A stretch of 64,000 bases of DNA from an uncultured Verrucomicrobiae bacterium (GCA_963812605.1 CAWEWF010000006.1:352001-416000); one strand, 5' to 3'. Shown: positions 20,483-31,580, numbered from the stretch's first letter. Numbers and translations: made by a program. Notes: generated from the letters alone by a model not told the origin.

Positions 20483-20764
20483 ATGGATGTTGTAACTGTG
20501 TGGGAAGAAATACCGCAGTTTACGTGCGAGCATGACGAGGCGCGGTTCTGGGTCGGGCATCGCATCGACGCGAAGCTGATGGAGGAATCCATCATCAATG
20601 CCGACCAGGCCGAGTCCACAACCATCACGTTGCGCATGGATCCGCGAATGTTGTCGCGCATCAAACGGCTGGCGCGGTCGCGGTATTTAAACTACCAGAG
20701 TATGATCAAGCAGTGGATCAGTGAGCGCATGGAATCTGAGTTGCGGGAACGAGGGAATCGATGA
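20483..20764 (+). CDS. BrnA/CopG-type RHH antitoxin
   Basis: IPQF..E.DEARFW; TITLRMD..MLSRIK.LA.....YQSMIKQWI.E. Confidence 0.85.
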   Translation: MDVVTVWEEIPQFTCEHDEARFWVGHRIDAKLMEESIINADQAESTTITLRMDPRMLSRIKRLARSRYLNYQSMIKQWISERMESELRERGNR

Positions 20765-21297
20765 GAAGAGAGAAGTCATCTGCCGTCGCCAAGGCTTTGG
20801 CGGACAAGGGAGTCAGGAGTCAGAAGTCAGAAGATGGCTTTACGCTCATTGAGTTGCTGACGGTCATCGGGATTATTGGCATTCTGGCGGGTTTTCTTCT
20901 TGGCGTCGGCAGTTATGCTTACAAGAAGGCGAAATACAACCGCGTGAAGGCGGAAATCGCCGCCATGGAGAACGGGCTCGAGAATTTCAAGAATGACAAC
21001 GGTTATTATCCGCAACGTTCAGCGGGCGTCGATGATACCTGGAGTTCCACGAACCTCTACAACGCTCTTGCCGGTGGCCCGAAAGTTTACATGAGCTTTC
21101 GCGCTAATCAGCTCTATATCGTGGGCACGACCACGAATATTCTCGATCCATTTGGAACGCCCTATCGCTATCTGTGTCCGGGAGCCAGCAACCCCGTAAG
21201 TTTCGATATTTGGAGTTTCGGTTTTGATAAAACAGGCGGAGTCAACGGCGCGGTCAATAACGACCTCGACAATATTAACAACTGGCAACAGCAATAG
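20761..21297 (+). CDS. GspG-like major pseudopilin
   Basis: GFTLIELLTVIGII; F..DNGYYP; LDPFGTPYRY..PG; FDIWSFG.D. Confidence 0.88.
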   Translation: MRREKSSAVAKALADKGVRSQKSEDGFTLIELLTVIGIIGILAGFLLGVGSYAYKKAKYNRVKAEIAAMENGLENFKNDNGYYPQRSAGVDDTWSSTNLYNALAGGPKVYMSFRANQLYIVGTTTNILDPFGTPYRYLCPGASNPVSFDIWSFGFDKTGGVNGAVNNDLDNINNWQQQ

Positions 21298-21312
21298 GTG
21301 GAGGGAAGTCCT

Positions 21313-21882
21313 ATGAAACGTCTCAGAAAAAGCAACAGCGGCTTTACGATGATCGAGCTATTGACGGTCATCGTCATCATTGCGATTCTCGCGGGCCTGC
21401 TACTGCCGGCCCTCGGCAAAGCGAGGACAAAGGCAAAAATTGCCAAGGCATCAACTGAGGTATCTTCCATCCTGACGGCCATTAAAGCGTATCAGACCGA
21501 ATACGGAAAGCTGCCTGTGCCAACGACCGGCGGTTGCGTTGGTATTGCTGATGTAGGCCCAGCCGATGGGGATACGTGGTTTCCCGGTTGCAGCAGCCAA
21601 GCGGTCATAAAAATACTCATTGGGCAGGATCCGGTAATGAATCCTCGCAATGTTGTCTTCCTTGAGCCCAAGAACGGGCTTACGGATGGGACATTCCTGG
21701 ATCCTTGGAATCAACAGTATTACATCAAGCTCAATACCAGCTACAGCGGATCGATGAATTATTATCCTCCCAGTGGAACTCCGAATGTTGTTGGGTCGGC
21801 AATTGTCATTAGCTACGGTCCAAACGGCATTCAAGAGAACCCCGGTGCGAGTGGATCTGATGATATCGTCTCTTACAAATAA
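21313..21882 (+). CDS. Second GspG-like pseudopilin
   Basis: GFTMIELLTVIVIIAILAGL; FLDPWNQQY; SYGPNG...DDI.SY. Confidence 0.88.
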   Translation: MKRLRKSNSGFTMIELLTVIVIIAILAGLLLPALGKARTKAKIAKASTEVSSILTAIKAYQTEYGKLPVPTTGGCVGIADVGPADGDTWFPGCSSQAVIKILIGQDPVMNPRNVVFLEPKNGLTDGTFLDPWNQQYYIKLNTSYSGSMNYYPPSGTPNVVGSAIVISYGPNGIQENPGASGSDDIVSYK

Positions 21883-22559
21883 GCGCGGCTTCACGCTGAT
21901 CGAACTGCTCACGGTCATCGCGATCATGGGCCTGATCGTGGCCATTGCCATCCCGTCGGTGGAACGTCTCATGAAATCGGGCGGTTTGAGCGCTGCCAGT
22001 CGCGAGGTCTCCAATACACTCGGCCTCGCTCGGCAATATGCCATCACGCACCGTACGAAGACCCGCGTGGTATTCGCCCACCCTCTCACGATCGGCTCAA
22101 TAGACCCGTCCACTTATTTGAACTATGTCGCTTACACGGTCGTTGTGTCCGACACTACCAACACCGCCCTCTTCTTCCCGTGGGACTACATCGGCAAATG
22201 GGATTTCCTCCCGACTGGTACGATCTTCCTTAACCAGACTCCCGGGCGGGACATTTGGCGGAGGGTACGACCTGGACAATGGTAATAGTATACTGAATCA
22301 AGATCCTGTGGGAGGTCCTTCTTTCGCACTTCCGTTTCCGAACCCGGCCTCGGGCAATTTCGTTGCATGCGCCTACATCGAGTTTGGCCCGACCGGCGCA
22401 GATACACGATCCGATGGGAATCCGGACCAGATCACGCTTACCGAGGGTTTTATCCAACCGCCATCCGCGAATTCGCTTCCATTCCGCACGAGTGCCAATT
22501 ACGTCAATATCTCCGTGGACAGCATCGTCGGGCGCGTAAAGATCTCAAGGCCACAATGA
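21860..22559 (+). CDS. GspH/FimT-like minor pseudopilin, Verru_Chthon cassette D-like (frameshift near 22240)
   Basis: GFTLIELL; LGLARQYAIT; ends VDSIVGRVKISRP. Confidence 0.8.
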
Positions 22560-23022
22560 ACCGTTCCGACATACACCGCCGCAGAGACGCGAAGGAGCGT
22601 TTACCTTGATCGAGGTCGTACTGGCGGTGGCGATTGCGTCCATCGGCATCATCGCCATCATGGGGTTGCTTCCAAACGCCATTCAGGCCAGCCGCAACGC
22701 CACAGACAACACTTTGTCCGCCACCATTGCACAGGATGTCTTCAGTAACATCCGCAGCCAGCCTCTTGATGCTGTAGATTTTGGCGATGGATCAGGAACC
22801 CATAATTTGACGAACGCCCCTGTGCAGCTAACTCTTAATTTCGACTCCACCGGCGTTTCAACGAACGCAACCGCTTATTACAAGGTCCTTGTCTCGATTC
22901 AGCCGCAGCCTACGGCCCCCGCTCTCCCTCTGTGGACTGTACAAGCCGGGGTTGTCTGGCCAGCGCTATCACCGGCGGCCACCACGAATATCTTTGTTTC
23001 CTATGTAACCGCATACAACTAA
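22556..23022 (+). CDS. PilV/GspI-like minor pseudopilin, cassette B-like (frameshift near 22597)
   Basis: AFTLIEVVLAVAIASIGIIAIMGLLP; FDSTG. Confidence 0.8.
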
Positions 23023-23929
23023 ATGAAACGACGCCCGACTCAATCCGTCACTTCGCGCCACGCCGGTTTCACCTTGTTGGAACTGCTGGCCGCCATGGCC
23101 ATTTTGTTGATCATGACCGCGCTTTTATTTCAGGCCTTCGGCCAGGCAAGTCGTGGTTGGTTGCAGGCCGAAAATCGCGTGGAAACTTTTTCCCAAGCCC
23201 GCGCGGTGCTCGACTTCATGTCGAAAGAGATTTCCCAAGCGATTGTCAACAGCAACATCACTTTCCTGGGCGATGCCAATGACATCGCTTTCGTCGCCCC
23301 GGTAAACACCGGCACAAACGCGGTCGATTTGGTGGAAGTTGTTTACCGGCTCAGTTTGCCGTCCAAGGCCGCCCCCGGGCTGCTGATCCAGGAAGTAACT
23401 TTGTCGACAATGCTACCATTTGGCCAAAGAGATTGGTCCGACGAACATCTCATTTCGGCGCGCCCACGACTGAGTGTTGGAACTATGGGTCGGGCGCCTC
23501 TGGCTCGGCACCACCGTGGGATTTCTATGGCAGCCCAAACCCCAATCCGAATTGGCCGGAAACGAGCGATTCCAACCGTACCGCTGTACTGGCGGAGAAT
23601 GTCATGAGCATTACTTTCCAATACTACGATGCAACTAATAGTATCGTGCAAAGCTATTGGAATTCCGACGTAATGCCGACCACTGCCTGGCAAAATGAAT
23701 TACCAACAGCAATACCTACAGGAACCCTTGGGCCTGGGGGTCCCGGTTTCGTCCGGTGATGACCAACCGATCTCCCGCCAGCGTTCAAATCACCCTGACA
23801 ATGATCGACAGCAAGGCCGCCGCCCGGCTCAAAACGGTGGCCGTAGGAAGTCCCGGTTTCATGAATATTACCAACCAAGCTTTGAGAACTTTTAGCACCT
23901 TCGTCGCCATACCGAACCGCCAGCCATGA
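23023..23929 (+). CDS. PilW/GspJ-like minor pseudopilin, cassette C-like (frameshifts)
   Basis: GFTLLELLAAMAILLI; QARAVLDFM..EI; VLAENV; ends STFVAIPNRQP* in ATGA overlap. Confidence 0.8.
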
Positions 23930-26348
23930 GAAAATGCACCCCATTTATTCGGCGCTCTTCGGAGCAAGGTGTGGCGCTCATCATGACGCTCGGGATCCTG
24001 GTGTTGGTCACGCTGCTGGTCGTCGCGTTTGCGGTCAGCATGCGCGTTGAGAATACGGCGTCAAAGAATTTTAACGACCTCATCAAAGCCCGCCAGCTCG
24101 CGCAGGGCGCGATCGATCAGGCGGTGGCGCAATTAAGCCAGGCGACGGCACTACGAACCAACAACACGGCCAGTGGCGGCATTTACACCTACGTGACATC
24201 CCCCGGCCTCGCCTATGCCAACAACGGCGGCGCAATCGTCTCGCTCCCGTTGTATTCCACCACCGCGTCGACTGACACGACCAACTTGAATAACCAGTTT
24301 TGGATTACCGGTAGTAACAATGCCGAGTTCTTTGACCCGACTGCCACGGCGATGAACGTGGGATGGGTTTACGTCACCGAGGATGGCACTACCGGCCCGC
24401 TGCCCATCACCGGGCATGGGGCGATTGTCGGCCGATTCGCCTATTGGGTGGATGATGAGGCGTCGAAGATCAATCTCAATACGGCTGGACTGCGACCCAA
24501 TCCAGCCGTTCCCACCGATGTTTACGGTTACGGCGTTCCCAGCGAAATCGATCTCACCATGTTGCTGCCGGGTCTCGGCACCGCGGCCTCTGTAAGCGCC
24601 ATCCAAACGAGGCAATCGACACTGGGATTCAGTACGATTGGAGAGGCTCGAACTCACGGATACCGCTCCCGGCGCGCCCGCCACCACCGATAGTGATTTC
24701 AACACGAACCGCTTTTACCTGACGACTTCTTCCGATGACGCAGGCGATCTTGATGTCTTTGGTCGTCCGCGTTTGGATCTCGCCTTGCTCAGCCAAGCCA
24801 AGGATGTGCTTGATCCTGCCGGGCCCAATAGCGCGTATGCACGCCTTTCCGACAGCGCATTGACGAAAGTATATAGTTCTGCGCGGGCTTTCACGACCAA
24901 GTATCCCGTTGTCATCGATAACGGCCATAATTTTGACGGCCTCCAGCAAATTGTTGCCAACATGATTGCGTACCGTCTTAACCCGCGAGTGCCCGCGGAC
25001 CTCACACAACAGCCCGATGGCGGCGGCGATCCGCCACCTTATCTTGGCCTTATAAGAGCGCCGTACATCAATGAAGTGAAAGTTAATTATGATTATGAGA
25101 CGACCCCCGCTCCTCAAATCACTCGAACCGTGACAATCGAACTTTATTATATTTACGGGGGTGACGGATCCACCTATATCACGGGCCCGAAGGACACCAT
25201 TCAGGTAAGTGGTCTTCCAGTAGTCGGAGGCTTACCGACAACGACACCAGCGCCGCTCCCTTTCACTCTTCCACCAGGGCTCACTTTCAGTAGTAACACG
25301 GCGTACTACACATTCACTTTGCCGCCCGAGACCGTTACCCCCAGCCCATTTCCCCCTACTCCAATTGTAGTGCCGTCAACAACCGCCATAACCGTAGACT
25401 ATTTGCGGTCAGGCACACGACTGGACTGTGCACAAGTCCCATTGTCGACCGTGATAATAACTACCGCAGGAACACCCGTATGGCAGGGGGCTGAAGTGAA
25501 CGATCCCTGCTTGAACGAAAGGACCACGTCGTGGACGCCGTATCGTCCCCCCAATGCGGGAACATTGATAGCGGCTCCGCCTGGATTCTCCGCAAGCGCG
25601 TCCGCCTCACAAAACAGCGTTTACGCGCCGCCTGAAAATCCGCCTTCAAAGGCGCTCATACGAGCTTCCAAAATGTTATCAGTCGGCGAACTCGGTTATA
25701 TTCATACGCCGAATCCCTGGTCATACCTGCGATTACAACCCCAACCGGCAGCTGAAAAGGTGGCCCCCAGACAGATTCCCGATTGGGCCGTACTCGATAT
25801 GTTTACCGTGGGAACCGCCGCTATTCCCAATCCGACCGCCGGACGCATAAACATCAATAGTACCGTTACACCGCTCGCCGCCAACCGGTTGAGACCCCTT
25901 GAGGCGTTGCTTAATGGGCTGTTCTCGACACCGGCGGTAGCCGCAACGGTCGCGCAGAACATTTACTCGGGGACGTATGTCAACATGCCGGATGCTTATG
26001 GCAGCGCAAACAGTTACGACACGATCGGGGAAATTTGCGAAGTCGCGGGCATGGATAATGGAGGGTTAACCGAAGCGGCGAAAGAAGCGACCATTCGCCG
26101 CATTGCGAACCTAATTACGGTTCGCTCAAACACGTATTGCATCTGGGTGTATGCCCAAAGCATTAAGGACGTTGATAAGAACGGGCAGTTCAATCCGCCT
26201 GCTAATCCGCCTCCGGGATGGCGGTGGGCAACGATTTCATTACCGGCGAAGTCAAAGCGCAAGCGATGGTCGAGCGCTATGAAACCCACCGGTGCCAGCC
26301 CGACGTGTCAAATTCCGCACGCGGTATTTCCGGTATTTGTACAATTGA
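23926..26348 (+). CDS. PilX/GspK-like large protein, Verru_Chthon cassette A-like (frameshifts)
   Basis: GVALIMTLGIL; GRFAYWVDDEASKINLNTAG; SVGELG; GRININ; ITVRSNTY.IWV.AQ. Confidence 0.85.
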
Positions 26349-26382
26349 GCGGGGATTGGGGGGAGAGGCGTAGAGAAAAACT

Positions 26383-26696
26383 GCGTTTCTGCGAAACGAA
26401 CTGGTGGGTCAAGTGCTTGCGGCGCAGGTGGTAACGTCGGGGAGACATGGATCGAACTTTCAACGCTCAACCCCGAAAAGGATTCGGGGCAAGCCGTCCA
26501 ACGTTCAACAACATCAAGACAGCGCGCCGACTCGCAGAGTCGGCCTACAACGGCTGCTGGGAATGCAAACAGGCGGGACGCCTGTTCAACGGGGGCGCGG
26601 AATACAACAAGGAAAAGCCCGCCGACTCGCAGAGTTCGGGCGACAACAGATTAGGAAACGGCGGGATACCTAAACGACAGGCATCCCGCCCTACAA
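26383..26696 (-). repeat. Mixed REP-like array
   Basis: gcgtttctgcgaaacgaac (also 35145), gccgactcgcagagtcggcctac, aacaggcgggacgcctgttc, ggcgggat..atcccgccctac. Confidence 0.7.
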
Positions 26697-26708
26697 TAGG
26701 GTTGGAAA

Positions 26709-27598
26709 ATGGCGCTGATTCCACTGGAGGATAATTTTACGGATATCGTGGGGAAGGCGCAGCGGGGGTTGAACCTATCCGGCACGGCGCTGGCGGGGCG
26801 GGCGGGGGTGTCGCTGGCGCAACTGAATGCGTTGAAGGCGGGCGCGGTGGATGAGGCGGCGCTGCGGAAGGTGGCGGGGGCGCTGGGGTTGGGGGCGGAG
26901 GCGCTGGTGACGATGGCGCGGGGGGCGTGGCGTCCGCGCGAGGCGGGCGAGGTGGCGGGGCTGGGGTGTTTCAATACGGCTTTCGATGATATGACGGTGA
27001 ATGCGTATGTGGCGTTCGACCCGGGGACGCGGCGGGCGGCGGCGTTCGATACGGGGGCGGACTGCGGTGGGATGTTGGAATTCATTCGCGAGCAGGGGCT
27101 GGAGGTGGAGGTGATTTTATTGACGCATACGCACACGGACCATGTGTTTGATTTGGATCGGCTGAAGGCGGCGACGGGGGCGCGGGCGTGGGTGAGCGGG
27201 CGGGAGGCGTTGGCGGGGGCGGAGACGTTCGCGGACGGGAAGGTTTTCGAAGTGGGACGGGCGTCCCGACCGTCTGATCTGACGGATAAACGGGCGGGAC
27301 GCCCGCTCCACTCTGGAATTGAGGATCGAGACGCGGCGGACGAGCGGGCATGCGCGGGGCGGGACGACGTTTGTGGTGACGGGGCTGGCGCGGCGAGCTG
27401 GCGGTGGTGGGGGATGCGCTGTTTGCGGGGTCGATGGGCGGCGGGATGGTGGATTATGATGAGGCGTTGCGGACGAATCGCGAGGGGATTTTTACGTTGT
27501 CCGATGAGACGATTTTGTGTCCCGGGCACGGGCCGTTGAGCACGGTCGGCGAGGAGAAGCTGCACAATCCGTTTTTCCCGGAGTTTCAGCAGCAGTGA
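26709..27598 (+). CDS. MBL-fold metallo-hydrolase with N-terminal HTH-like region (two frameshifts)
   Basis: LTHTHTDH; SGHARGG; VGDALFAGSMGG; PGHGPLSTVGEEK..NPF. Confidence 0.9.
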
Positions 27599-27614
27599 AC
27601 TGCGCGGTAAGTAA

Positions 27615-27690
27615 TGGCGGCCCCAACGGGATTCGAACCCGTGTACCCAGATTGAGAATCTGATGTCCTAGGCCTCTAGACGATGGGGCC
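27615..27690 (-). tRNA. tRNA-Glu (CTC)
   Basis: ggccccatcgtctagaggcctaggaca-tcaga-ttCTCaa-tctgg...gggttcgaatccc...gcca cloverleaf with CCA end. Confidence 0.95.
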
Positions 27691-27736
27691 GTCGAGGTCG
27701 GAAAACAGGGAGAGAATACCCGCGACAGGCGGAAAA

Positions 27737-29074
27737 TCAAGCGCTTTGGCGCAGCCGCGTCAGCAACTTTTCGTGGATGCCGTCGAACTTGCCGTTGGAG
27801 AAAACCGCGACGACATCGCGGTCGTGGAGATTCGGGACGAGGCGGTTGATGATCTCGTCGGCGTTGCGCGAATACTCGGCCATCTTGCCATGGCTGCGCA
27901 ACCGCGCGATGATCGCATCGGGGTTCAAGCGCTCGCTCTCGTGGAGTTCCTGCAGCCGATCCACGCGCGAGATGAACACGCCATCGGCCAGCGACAGCGA
28001 CTCGGTCAGTTCATGCTGGAAGACGTTGCGGCGGGTCGTGTTGCTGCGCGGCTCAAAAAGCGCCCACAATCTCCGCCGCGGATACTTCTCGCGAATGGCG
28101 CGAATCGTCTCGGCGATGGCGGTCGGGTGATGCGCGAAATCATCGAGCACCGTCACGCCCGCCGCTTCCCCGCGCACTTCCATGCGCCGCTTGACGCCCG
28201 TGAACGTGGAGAACCCGCGCTGGATCTGCTCGCGCGACAAGCCCAATTCGCCCGCGCATATCGCGACCGCCGCGGCGTTGCGCTGATTGTGTTCCCCCGC
28301 CAGCGGCACCACGAAATCACCGGCGTCCGCCTTCGTGAAAAAGCGCACAGGACATTGCGCCCCGTCAACGACTTCACGGATGTTGGCGTCCTCTCCATTG
28401 GCAATAATCAGCCCCCGTCGCGGCACGATCGCCACCAGTTGGCGGAAAGCGCGCTTCACCGCCGCGAGGTCGGGGAAAATATCGGCGTGATCGAATTCGA
28501 TATTATTGAGAATGACCGTGTCGGGCTGGTAATGAACAAATTTGCTGCGCTTGTCGAAGAACGCGGTATCATACTCATCGCCTTCGACGAGAAAGTGTTT
28601 CCCCTGCCCCGTCCGCGCGCCACATCCGAAATTGTTGGGCAGGCCGCCGATTAGAAAACCCGGCGACAGGCCCGCCGACTCCATGACCCAGGCGAGCAGC
28701 GAGGTCGCCGTCGTTTTGCCGTGTGTGCCCGCGACCACCACCGAGTGTTTGCCGCAGAGGAAGCGGTCGCGCACCAGTTCCGGCAACGAACAGATCGGGA
28801 GGCGTTCATCGAGCGCCCGCTCGATTTCGGGATTGCCGCGCTTCATCGCGTTACCGATCACGATCAGATCTGGCTGATGGTCCAGGTTTGATTCACGGTG
28901 ACCCGGCACAATGCGGATGCCGTGGGCTTCGAGGAAAGTGGACATCGGCGGGTAGATGTTCTCGTCGCTGCCGGTGACGGCAAAGCCGAGTTCGCGGCAC
29001 AGCGCGGCGACGGACGCCATCGCGGTGCCACAAACACCCACAAAATGGATGGTATTGACCTCCTTCGCGAACAT
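27737..29074 (-). CDS. mpl: Murein peptide ligase
   Basis: HFVGVCGTAM, GTHGKTT, EGDEYDTAFFDKRSKF, DDFAHHPTAI, EPRSNT. Confidence 0.93.
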   Translation of the reverse strand: MFAKEVNTIHFVGVCGTAMASVAALCRELGFAVTGSDENIYPPMSTFLEAHGIRIVPGHRESNLDHQPDLIVIGNAMKRGNPEIERALDERLPICSLPELVRDRFLCGKHSVVVAGTHGKTTATSLLAWVMESAGLSPGFLIGGLPNNFGCGARTGQGKHFLVEGDEYDTAFFDKRSKFVHYQPDTVILNNIEFDHADIFPDLAAVKRAFRQLVAIVPRRGLIIANGEDANIREVVDGAQCPVRFFTKADAGDFVVPLAGEHNQRNAAAVAICAGELGLSREQIQRGFSTFTGVKRRMEVRGEAAGVTVLDDFAHHPTAIAETIRAIREKYPRRRLWALFEPRSNTTRRNVFQHELTESLSLADGVFISRVDRLQELHESERLNPDAIIARLRSHGKMAEYSRNADEIINRLVPNLHDRDVVAVFSNGKFDGIHEKLLTRLRQSA

Positions 29075-29107
29075 CACTAGGGTTCCCCGCGCGAGCTTGT
29101 AGCAGAG

Positions 29108-29986
29108 ATGCCGAACTTAATCAATATTTCTGATTTTGCCCTCGCCAGCACGGTGGAATGCGGGCAGGCCTTTCGTTGGTCCCGGACGGCGGACGGCTGG
29201 TTTGAAGGCGTGGTGGGCCGGCGGGTGATCCGGTTGCGGGAACATCTTCATTCCGTGGAATGGGAGTCGCGTCCGCGGGCTGACAAGAAGGCTGTGGCGC
29301 GATATCTGGCCCTGGACGTTTCGTTGCCGGAGATCCTCGCAACATTTCCCGGCGATCCGCTCTTGCGCCAGGCGGTGAAAGACCACCACGGCTTGCGCGT
29401 CATTCGCCAGGAACCATGGGAATGCCTCGCCTCATTCATTGCCAGCTCGTCAAAGCAGATCGTGCAGATCCGCCAGATCGTTGACCTGCTGGCGCGACGC
29501 TTCGGCGAACCGGTCAGCGACACGCACCACACCTTCCCGACCGTTTCAGCCATCGCCCGCGTGACGCATCAACAACTTTGGGACTGCAAACTGGGTTTTC
29601 GCGCCAAGAACCTGCTCGCGGCGGCGCGAATGATCGATAGCGGCAAACTTGATCTCGACGCATTGCCGTCGATGGAATACGGACAGGCGCTGGAAGAGTT
29701 GATCCAACTGCCCGGCGTGGGCGAGAAAATCGCCAACTGCACCCTGCTCTTCGCGTGTGGATTCAACCAGGCCTTCCCGATCGACGTCTGGATTGAGCGT
29801 TCGCTTCGCCGGATCTATTTCGGCGACAAACCACGCGTCACCGCCCGCGAACTTCGAGAATTTGCGCGCACCCACTTCGGCCCCTACGCCGGTTGGGCGC
29901 AACAGTACTTATTTTTCAGTGAGCGGTTGTTGGGTCAGCAACGTCCGCGTCGTCGCCAGGTGCTGCTCGATGCCGGCGCGAAGTAA
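29108..29986 (+). CDS. 8-oxoguanine DNA glycosylase (OGG/HhH-GPD)
   Basis: ECGQAFRW, QEPWECL, LPGVGEKIANC, AFPIDVW, YAGWAQQYLF. Confidence 0.92.
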   Translation: MPNLINISDFALASTVECGQAFRWSRTADGWFEGVVGRRVIRLREHLHSVEWESRPRADKKAVARYLALDVSLPEILATFPGDPLLRQAVKDHHGLRVIRQEPWECLASFIASSSKQIVQIRQIVDLLARRFGEPVSDTHHTFPTVSAIARVTHQQLWDCKLGFRAKNLLAAARMIDSGKLDLDALPSMEYGQALEELIQLPGVGEKIANCTLLFACGFNQAFPIDVWIERSLRRIYFGDKPRVTARELREFARTHFGPYAGWAQQYLFFSERLLGQQRPRRRQVLLDAGAK

Positions 29987-30940
29987 GGCCTGGCGCTCGG
30001 TCGTCGCGGCGAGCGCGGACTCGAGGGTGGCGAGGGCGCCCCGCAATTTGCCTTCCTTCAGGTAGATCGTTCCGAGAGTGTCGAGGTAGTACGCCTGGCG
30101 CGCTGGCCGCAAGCTGGCCGCCCGCTGACAGAGGTTGGCCGCCTCATCGAGATTGCTGCCCATCTCCGAATACGTGTAGGCGAGGTTATTCATGGCGTCC
30201 GCGTTTTCCGCATCGAGTTCCAGGGCGCGGATGAAAGCGCCCACCGCTTCGTGCAACCGCCGCTGCTTGAGCAACACGTTCCCCAGATTCATGCGAAAGT
30301 AGGAATTCTCGGGGTGCAACTGTGTGGCCGTGACATAGTGTTCGGTCGCCGCTCCGAGGAGGTTGGCGCGTTCGAAGAACAGGCCGAGATCGTTGTGCTC
30401 CTCGGCTGTCAAACGCCACGTCGCCTTCTCGGGCGGGCACACCAGCAATGTCCAATTACCCGCGCGGTCCCACCGGTTTTGGAAATCCTCGGCGCGCATC
30501 TCGTACCGCGGACGCGTATCGGAATGCACGGTCACCACCTGCCGGAACTTGTCCCAGCCGAGCACCACGAAGTAATGGGATTGGTCGCCGAATTTCCCGA
30601 GCACGAGCAGCGGGACACCGGCGTCGAGTTTCTGGCGGAGATCGTCGAGCGTGCCGTGATACTGGCGCACCCAAAGGTTGAAGCGGCGCGCGTAATCGCC
30701 GAGTTCGCTGGTGAGCGCCCCGCCAATGTCCGGCAGATAAATCGCGCTGGCGATCTCGTCCTGCGAAACCGGGTGGCCGTAGTAATTCGCCAGCATCGCC
30801 AGGGCCGCGGGGCCGCAATAGTTTGGTTTCTGCGCGATGAAAGGAACATCCAGGATGTCATCGACAGCCCGAGCGAAGGACGCGGCGGACAGGACGACCA
30901 AGAAACCTAGCAAGCGGATGGAATGGCGAGTTTTGAACAT
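29909..30940 (-). CDS. Secreted C39-like cysteine peptidase with TPR repeats
   Basis: VPFIAQKPNYCGPAALAM, HYFVVLG; TPR NNLA/YLDTLG. Confidence 0.88.
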   Translation of the reverse strand: MFKTRHSIRLLGFLVVLSAASFARAVDDILDVPFIAQKPNYCGPAALAMLANYYGHPVSQDEIASAIYLPDIGGALTSELGDYARRFNLWVRQYHGTLDDLRQKLDAGVPLLVLGKFGDQSHYFVVLGWDKFRQVVTVHSDTRPRYEMRAEDFQNRWDRAGNWTLLVCPPEKATWRLTAEEHNDLGLFFERANLLGAATEHYVTATQLHPENSYFRMNLGNVLLKQRRLHEAVGAFIRALELDAENADAMNNLAYTYSEMGSNLDEAANLCQRAASLRPARQAYYLDTLGTIYLKEGKLRGALATLESALAATTERQALLRAGIEQHLATTRTLLTQQPLTEK

Positions 30941-31305
30941 CAGCCAATGCGGAAAGAGATGTCGCGAACCACTTTTTTACCGAGGCGCTGCTGCACTTTT
31001 TGAAGAATGAGCGGTTTGGAGTAGCGCGTGATTTCCTGCAGCCAAATGGGATGATCGCAGCCGACGACGAGCAGGCCGTTGCGGAGGCTGACCGGTTGCG
31101 CGTGGCGCGCGATGTCGCTGCCCACGATGGTGGGCCAAAGGTAGAAAACCTGGGATTGCTGGAGCCGCTCTTCGAGGCCGAGTTGTTTCATCACGAGCGG
31201 GACGATCTGGTTCGCGGAACTCGCCGACTTTTGACCATGCGCCTCGGAATCGCCGACGGATGGCCGCCATTCGTGGAGGACCTGTGCTCGCAAAGCGGGC
31301 GTCAT
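30940..31305 (-). CDS. dciA: DUF721/DciA-family protein
   Basis: W.TIVG.DIARHAQP..L..G.L.V..DHPIWLQEI. Confidence 0.8.
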   Translation of the reverse strand: MTPALRAQVLHEWRPSVGDSEAHGQKSASSANQIVPLVMKQLGLEERLQQSQVFYLWPTIVGSDIARHAQPVSLRNGLLVVGCDHPIWLQEITRYSKPLILQKVQQRLGKKVVRDISFRIG

Positions 31306-31580
31306 TGCGCTTGCTGCGGAGATTGTTGCGCGGGGGTGATGGCGGCTTCCACGCCATCATTGCCGATGGCCTCGACGGGACAACCTTCCATGGCTTCCTT
31401 GCAAAGGGTTTCCTCATCGGGCGACGTCGGCTGCTTGTAGACAAAGCTGTAGCCGCCGTCTTCATTGCGCGTGAAATTATCCGGCGCCGTCTCGCGGCAC
31501 AGATCACAATCGATGCACTGGTCGTCCACGTAGAACTTCCCAGGCACGTTTTCCGGATACCGATTTGCAAATACAGCCAT
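31302..31580 (-). CDS. Ferredoxin
   Basis: CIDCDLC...CPVEAIG. Confidence 0.93.
   Translation of the reverse strand: MAVFANRYPENVPGKFYVDDQCIDCDLCRETAPDNFTRNEDGGYSFVYKQPTSPDEETLCKEAMEGCPVEAIGNDGVEAAITPAQQSPQQAQ

Noticed and set aside
27615-27690. tRNA-Glu as an island integration site
   Set aside because: No integrase and no duplicate of its 3' end seen; flanked by housekeeping genes
29909-29986. 78-bp overlap of convergent OGG and C39-TPR 3' ends
   Set aside because: Both tails look non-conserved; such overlaps are common and could stem from an indel
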